From: an uncultured Zetaproteobacteria bacterium
GTDB lineage: Bacteria; Pseudomonadota; Zetaproteobacteria; Mariprofundales; Mariprofundaceae
DNA: 41,909 nt
Direction: 5' to 3'
Assembly (NCBI GenBank): GCA_913056285.1
Contig: CAJXNE010000001.1
Span: 1 to 41,909 of the forward strand
Shown here: positions 36,818 to 41,909 of the stretch, piece after piece
How positions within the stretch are numbered: the first letter of the stretch is position 1
Layout of the letters: each line of letters begins with the position of its first letter
The notes under the pieces: model-generated
What the model was told of the DNA's origin: nothing
Databases searched by the model: none
The model's input: only the letters and a program-made list of their open reading frames with translations
Position numbers and translations under genes: made by a program

Positions 36818-39525
36818 GCCGTTTTCCCCGTTTTCGAAACGTCGTTGCCGGGATGCCATTGCAAGAATGCCGGCAGCACGATGAGCGTACAGATCAGAAT
36901 CATGATCACCCCGAGCATCAGCAATTGCCCCATATCCGCCGTGCCCTGATGTGGTGAAAAGGATAGTGCGCCGAAGCTGCACAGTGTGGTTAGTGCGCTA
37001 AGTACTACGGCTCTGGATGTGCTGGAGCGTAATAGCGATTGTGCGCCAAATGGTTCGGATTGCATATGCCGGAAACGCTGCACCATGTGAATGCCATTAT
37101 CCACGCCAATGCCAAGCAGCAGGGGCATTGCAATCACATTGGCAAAGTTAAAGGGAATGCCGAGGATGATGCTCCCGGTGGATGTTAACAGGGCGGCCAG
37201 CATCAAAGGCAGAAGAATCAGCAATGTATCGCTCAGCTTACGTAATAGCAGTAGCAACAGCAGAAAAATAAGCACAAACGCAATCGAGAAAGCATGCACA
37301 AATGCGCCAATCACGGCATTTCCTGCCTCCAGTGTGAATACCGGAGCGCCGGTGGCATGTGGCGCAACTGAGCGCACCTGGCCGACGAAGCGGCGCAGAT
37401 TTTCAATGTCTCCAATATCGTTTTTTGGCATGACTTCGATGCGATATAGCCCGCTACTGCTCAGCCAGCGTCGGCTTAAATCGGCGGGGATACGCTGCCG
37501 GTTGATCGGTTCGGCGGTGAGCATGGTTTGGAGTAATGCAATCGTGGGGCGAAATGTACCCAGCAAATCCTTCTCCAGTAATTTCAGTATCTGTAATTGC
37601 TTCTGTTTCGGCTGGTCTGCTAGCCAGTGGGAGAATGCCTGCAAATGCTGACCCAGTTTGAAAATATCAGAACCAGACTGTGTTTGCCCTGCATGTGTGA
37701 GGTAGGTGCTTAGGGCGGATTGCAGGTGCTTGATGGCTGCTAAGTGTTCGGCAAGGGAAGAGGGTGCAGAAACGAGCGCATCCGGTTCAAAGCCGAGCAG
37801 TAACGACATATCATCAATGATGGCAAGTTTTTCATCCTGATTCGATGGGATGAAATTTAACAGGGATACGGTTTTATCCACCGAGTCGAGTTGGTCCAGC
37901 CGTTGTTGAATGGCCCGAACCTCTGAAGCATCGGATGTGAGTACCATAATACTGGAGGGGGAAATATTATGATTTTTCACCAAATCCCTGTAGGTCTGAA
38001 TGGATTCGCTGGACTGATCGCGCAGATTGATTGGATTATAATCGAAGCTTATCTGCGGCAACCACAAGGCGGAAGCAAGAGCAGTCAGCACGGTCATGAT
38101 CCGAATCGTACGGGCAGAGGGTGAACATATTGCTGGCACACGCCATGTGGTCACTTCTTTGATATTCACAGTCGGTTTATATTGAGTCGAAAATAGTTTG
38201 TTCCATACGCATAGAATGGCGGGCAGCAGGGTGAGCGTAACCACCAGGCTGATAAACATGCCGCTGCCCGATATGATGCCGAGCTCTGAAACGCCGGTGT
38301 AGTCCGTTGGTACGAAACAGTAAAAACCGACAGCGGTAGTCACTGCACATAAAAACAATGATGCGCCGACATCACGAGAGGCTAGCCTAAGTGCGGCAGC
38401 GGTTGGCTGACCTGTTTCTTCAATTTCTCGGCAGCGCAGGCAAAGGTGGATGGCATAGTCCACGCCAAGGCCGATATACAGAACCGCAAAAGCAACTGAA
38501 ATAAGATTCAAATGGCCGATGGCGAGCGCAGCAAATGCGGCAGTAAGAATCAGGCCTGCGATCAGGCAAGTCAGCGTAGCAGCTACAAACCGGAAGGATC
38601 CCATGCCGATGGTCAGCACCAGTGCCACCAACAGTAATGCCAGCAGGGCGGCTGTGCCGGCACCGGTACTGACGCTGACTAGCTCATCATGGCTTAAAGC
38701 GGCGCTGCCGGTCAGCCGCACACTTACGCCATGATCGGCATCAAGTTGCAGGGATGCTGCGGCATTTCTCACCGCCTGCATGGCCGGCTTTGCGGCCAGA
38801 AAAGACGAATAATCCATGCGCGGTTGTAGCAGGATAAATTGCTGGCGCTGTTTGGGGATATTTTTTGCAGACGAATCTCCCTGCATTAATTCCTGCCATG
38901 ATAAGGGTGCGCGCTTATGGGCTATGACTGCATCAATGGATGCAGTGACAGGCTTGACGATAGGAGTGATGTCGACTGCAGCGGAAGTGCCCTGGGCGTC
39001 AATCGCATCCGAGAGCATGAGAAACAGGCCGGGCAGGCTCATCTCGTCAGTCAGCCTGCCGAGAAACGGTTGCATGGTTGCAAGATCGCTGGCGGTTTGT
39101 TCCAGTTCGTCCATGCTTTGATAAAGCAGGGCATGGCGTTCCATAAATGTATTGGCGCGCGGCAGATAAACAGATGAAAAAAGTTGCGGCTGTTTTTGCA
39201 ATGCCCTGGCTAATTGTTTGGCCGCACCGCGAGCCTGTTCCGGCGAGCCAGCATCAACCACAACCAGAATATTATGGGTGTATTGCGGGAATCCCTGTTC
39301 AAACTGGCGGTAAGTTTGCCGGAATGGCAAATCGGCTGCCAACATATCATTGGTGCTGGTATGAAAACCCAGATGGTGCGTTGTATATTGGAAAGCGCCA
39401 CCGCAACAAAGGATGGCAATCACAACTACCCAGCTGGCTCTCTTGCATACACCGCTGACCCACCAACCCGGCAATCGGCTCAGGCGGGAATGAGGCTTAT
39501 CCTGTTCGTATGCAGAGGCTTGCAT
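36814..39525 (-). CDS. hpnN: hopanoid-associated MMPL/RND transporter
   Basis: LNLISVAFAVLYIGLGVDYAIH and FNFANVIAMPLLLGIGVD motifs; two TM blocks with periplasmic loops. Confidence 0.9.
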   Translation of the reverse strand: MQASAYEQDKPHSRLSRLPGWWVSGVCKRASWVVVIAILCCGGAFQYTTHHLGFHTSTNDMLAADLPFRQTYRQFEQGFPQYTHNILVVVDAGSPEQARGAAKQLARALQKQPQLFSSVYLPRANTFMERHALLYQSMDELEQTASDLATMQPFLGRLTDEMSLPGLFLMLSDAIDAQGTSAAVDITPIVKPVTASIDAVIAHKRAPLSWQELMQGDSSAKNIPKQRQQFILLQPRMDYSSFLAAKPAMQAVRNAAASLQLDADHGVSVRLTGSAALSHDELVSVSTGAGTAALLALLLVALVLTIGMGSFRFVAATLTCLIAGLILTAAFAALAIGHLNLISVAFAVLYIGLGVDYAIHLCLRCREIEETGQPTAAALRLASRDVGASLFLCAVTTAVGFYCFVPTDYTGVSELGIISGSGMFISLVVTLTLLPAILCVWNKLFSTQYKPTVNIKEVTTWRVPAICSPSARTIRIMTVLTALASALWLPQISFDYNPINLRDQSSESIQTYRDLVKNHNISPSSIMVLTSDASEVRAIQQRLDQLDSVDKTVSLLNFIPSNQDEKLAIIDDMSLLLGFEPDALVSAPSSLAEHLAAIKHLQSALSTYLTHAGQTQSGSDIFKLGQHLQAFSHWLADQPKQKQLQILKLLEKDLLGTFRPTIALLQTMLTAEPINRQRIPADLSRRWLSSSGLYRIEVMPKNDIGDIENLRRFVGQVRSVAPHATGAPVFTLEAGNAVIGAFVHAFSIAFVLIFLLLLLLLRKLSDTLLILLPLMLAALLTSTGSIILGIPFNFANVIAMPLLLGIGVDNGIHMVQRFRHMQSEPFGAQSLLRSSTSRAVVLSALTTLCSFGALSFSPHQGTADMGQLLMLGVIMILICTLIVLPAFLQWHPGNDVSKTGKTA

Positions 39526-39538
39526 TAATTAATTCGCA

Positions 39539-40324
39539 TCAGTTTATTGCATCAGTCAGACAATGTTTTTTTGAGGAGGGGGGGGGTAATAGACCATCTA
39601 CCCCGACCTTTTCATTGATACGAGACAAGCTGGCTTTTGCTACGCTAAATTGTCGACCCAGGCGCATCAACCGGCGCCAGGATGCCGGATGCATCAGCAG
39701 CAACCCGAGCATGCGGGTGATGTTGATATGGCCGTAGTTATCCATGGCTTTGTTGATGTAATCCGGGATGCCGGTGTTTACATCATCGGCAATGGCGCGA
39801 ACTGCCATAAAGGGAACGCCCGCATCTTGCGCAATCAGGGCGATAGAGGCGCTCTCCATATCCACGGCTACAGCGCCGCCTGATTGATATAAAACCTGTT
39901 TCTGCAGCGGCTCAGTGATGATTTGAGCGCTTCCGGCCAGTGTGTCGGTCACAATTTTTCCGCTACCGGGGTACTGGCCAGAAAACAGTTGCGATAACAG
40001 GCCGGAAAGATATGCATGCCATGCTTTATCGGTCTGTAGTGCCCCGGATGTTTGATGCATTATCGTGTGCGGTAACACCACATCGCCGGGCTGTAAAACT
40101 TCCGATAAAGCGCCTGCGCACCCCCAACTTAGCAGGGCATCAGCACCATGTTGGATTAGTGCCTTGGCAGCTTTTTCAGCCTGTTCAGTTCCGATGCCGG
40201 AGATGATGAGAAATACGTTATCAGCAAGTTGAAGCGGGGATGAAAGGGCTTTGCGTATGTCTGTCGATTTTGCCAGACATTTCGCCTCCGCTGGAAGCGC
40301 AGCAATAATGCCGAACTGTTTCAC
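39539..40324 (-). CDS. hpnG: hopanoid-associated nucleosidase/phosphorylase
   Basis: LLSWGCAGAL, AVDMES and VRAIAD motifs; GTGA overlap with the shc stop. Confidence 0.85.
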   Translation of the reverse strand: MKQFGIIAALPAEAKCLAKSTDIRKALSSPLQLADNVFLIISGIGTEQAEKAAKALIQHGADALLSWGCAGALSEVLQPGDVVLPHTIMHQTSGALQTDKAWHAYLSGLLSQLFSGQYPGSGKIVTDTLAGSAQIITEPLQKQVLYQSGGAVAVDMESASIALIAQDAGVPFMAVRAIADDVNTGIPDYINKAMDNYGHINITRMLGLLLMHPASWRRLMRLGRQFSVAKASLSRINEKVGVDGLLPPPSSKKHCLTDAIN

Positions 40325-41909
40325 AGACTTTGATGATGCGTGTCTGGCTGATGCAGCTTGCGAAATCTGGCCAGTGCCCAGAGGGGAAAATATTTATCAT
40401 AACCGTGGTATTTCAAATAAAAGACGCGTGGAAAACCGGGGGCAGTAAATGCATCGTCATGCCATAAACCATCGGCTTGCTGTGCGGCTTGTAAATAGGC
40501 AATGCCGCGCCGTACTTCGGCAGAATCAACTTCACCAGCTGCCATGAGTCCCAGCAGCGCCCAGGCAGTCTGGAATGTGGTGCTGATGCGTCCCTGTCCG
40601 GCTTTTTCCGGGCTACAGTAGGTGTCGTGATCTTCGCCCCAGCCGCCATCCTGTCGTTGCACTGATTTCAACCAATCAGCGGCGCGGCGAATCATAGGGT
40701 CATCCTGCGCCATGCCGATTTTCTCCATCGCCACCAGCACAGACCAGGTACCATAAATATAATTGGTACCCCAGCGCCCGAACCATGAGCCGTTCGGCTC
40801 TTGTTCATTGCGCAGATAGCTCATGCAGCGATCCAAAGCAGTCTGGAAGGCCGGATCATGATTAGCCATGCAGGATAATAGAATCGCGCAACGGGCGCTG
40901 ACATCGCTGCTGGGTGGATCAAGCAGAGCGCCGTGATCTGCAAAAGGGATTTCATTGAGGTATTCATAAGTGTTGTCGACATCAAACGAGGCAAAACCGC
41001 CATTGCTTGATTGCATGCCACAAATCCAGTTGGCAGCGCGTTGAATAGCGAACTGGTAACGGTCGGTTTTAGCTCGCTGGTCGGCCTGGCACATGGGCCA
41101 TGCGACTGCACTGGTATCATCCAGATCGGGGTAATGGCTATTACTGAACTGGAATGCCCAGCCGCCGCCTGATAAATCCGGACGATGCTCACGCCAGTCG
41201 CCCGGCTCATCCAGCAGTTGCTGTCCCTTCAGCCAATCCAGTGCCTTGTCTGTCGCCTGCGTGTTGTGCCACCCCCCGTAACAATCTCAGCTTCCTGTAG
41301 TGCCAGTGCAGCCAGCGCTGTATCCCAGACTGGCGAATTGCAGGGCTGGCAAAAAGCTTCATGTTCTTTAATGACCAGCAAATCCTGCAAGGCTTTTTTT
41401 GCCGCCCTGCGAGATGGGTGGTCTGCGCTATAGCCCAATGCGTCGAGTGCTTCATAGGCATTGATCATGGCAGGAAATATCGCGCCCAGACCGCCATCGC
41501 CATTAAGTCGTTCAATGATCCATGTGCCGGCTTTTTTCAGGGCGCGTTTGCGCAACCGTCCGGGAATGAACGGCTCGGTCAGACTGGTTAGAAATTCAAA
41601 ATAGAGAAACAGGCGATTCAGGCCGGAACGGACAGGGAAGTAGTGATGGCGTTTTTTAGGTAATTCTGACAGCAGTTCCTGAATGTGGGTTTTCTGAGGG
41701 TTGCGACTGCTGCGTTTGAGGGTGCAGAGAACCAGCAGGGGCACCATCACTGTGCGCGACCAGTAGGAAACCTTGCTCAGGTGAAACGGAAACCAGCGCG
41801 GTAATAGCATGATTTCCACCGGCAGATAGGGCACCGCCTGCCACGGGATCTGGCCGAACTGGGCCAGCATAATGCGGGTGAATACATTGCAGCGGCTGGC
41901 GCCGCCCTG
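40321..41909 (-). pseudogene. shc: squalene-hopene cyclase, 5' end outside the window, with one apparent frameshift
   Basis: SYWSRT, PAMIN and CQPCNSPVWDT lie in one frame; GGWAFQF..HYPDLDDT, GSWFGRWG, DGGWGE and GFPRVFYLKYHGY lie in the -1 frame. Gene identity is secure; the frameshift may be an artefact. Confidence 0.85.

Noticed and set aside
39578-39586. G9 tract near the 3' end of hpnG as a phase-variation switch
   Set aside because: It lies after the conserved domain, so a length change would alter only the short C-terminal tail.
40821-41210. 129-aa ORF between the two shc ORFs, suggesting a second frameshift
   Set aside because: Hand translation shows the frame of 40321-41094 is open up to 41286 and carries the DLDD motif, so one shift is enough.
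1-41909. CRISPR arrays, tRNA/rRNA, integrase or transposase genes
   Set aside because: Intergenic gaps are short and I saw no repeat-spacer arrays, cloverleafs or mobile-element ORFs by eye; an Rfam/tRNAscan run would be needed to exclude small RNAs.

Overview
Gene-dense chromosomal window from a proteobacterium. Gene content and protein style suggest a Mariprofundus-like zetaproteobacterium (my inference, not a search result). It is mostly housekeeping: cbiX-like/cobA/[2Fe-2S] ferredoxin, slt, fdxA, rlmN, ampD, fieF, thyA-folA, srkA, slyX, argH-lipoprotein-dapC-lysA-like-dapD, secA-argJ-mutT, DAHP synthase, lipA, an M23 peptidase and a HemY-like oxidase. The 3' part of a hopanoid operon (shc-hpnG-hpnN-hpnA-hpnL-like-radical SAM) runs off the right edge. 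No rRNA, tRNA, CRISPR or intact mobile element was seen. Main observations: (1) an iron-uptake operon behind two Fur boxes, in which an inner-membrane FTR1 permease is fused through an internal signal-peptide-like linker to a predicted outer-membrane beta-barrel, a possible cleaved polyprotein; (2) a recombination scar between rlmN and ampD holding two alternative haplotypes of the locus in tandem, one carrying a GFA + degenerate GGDEF fusion; (3) six or seven genes with a -10-like hexamer 6-7 nt before an SD-less ATG (candidate leaderless mRNAs); (4) a mutT that appears to start at CTG; (5) a frameshift in shc at or near a G6 tract; (6) a degenerate JAMM-like protein and an atypical lysA-like gene.
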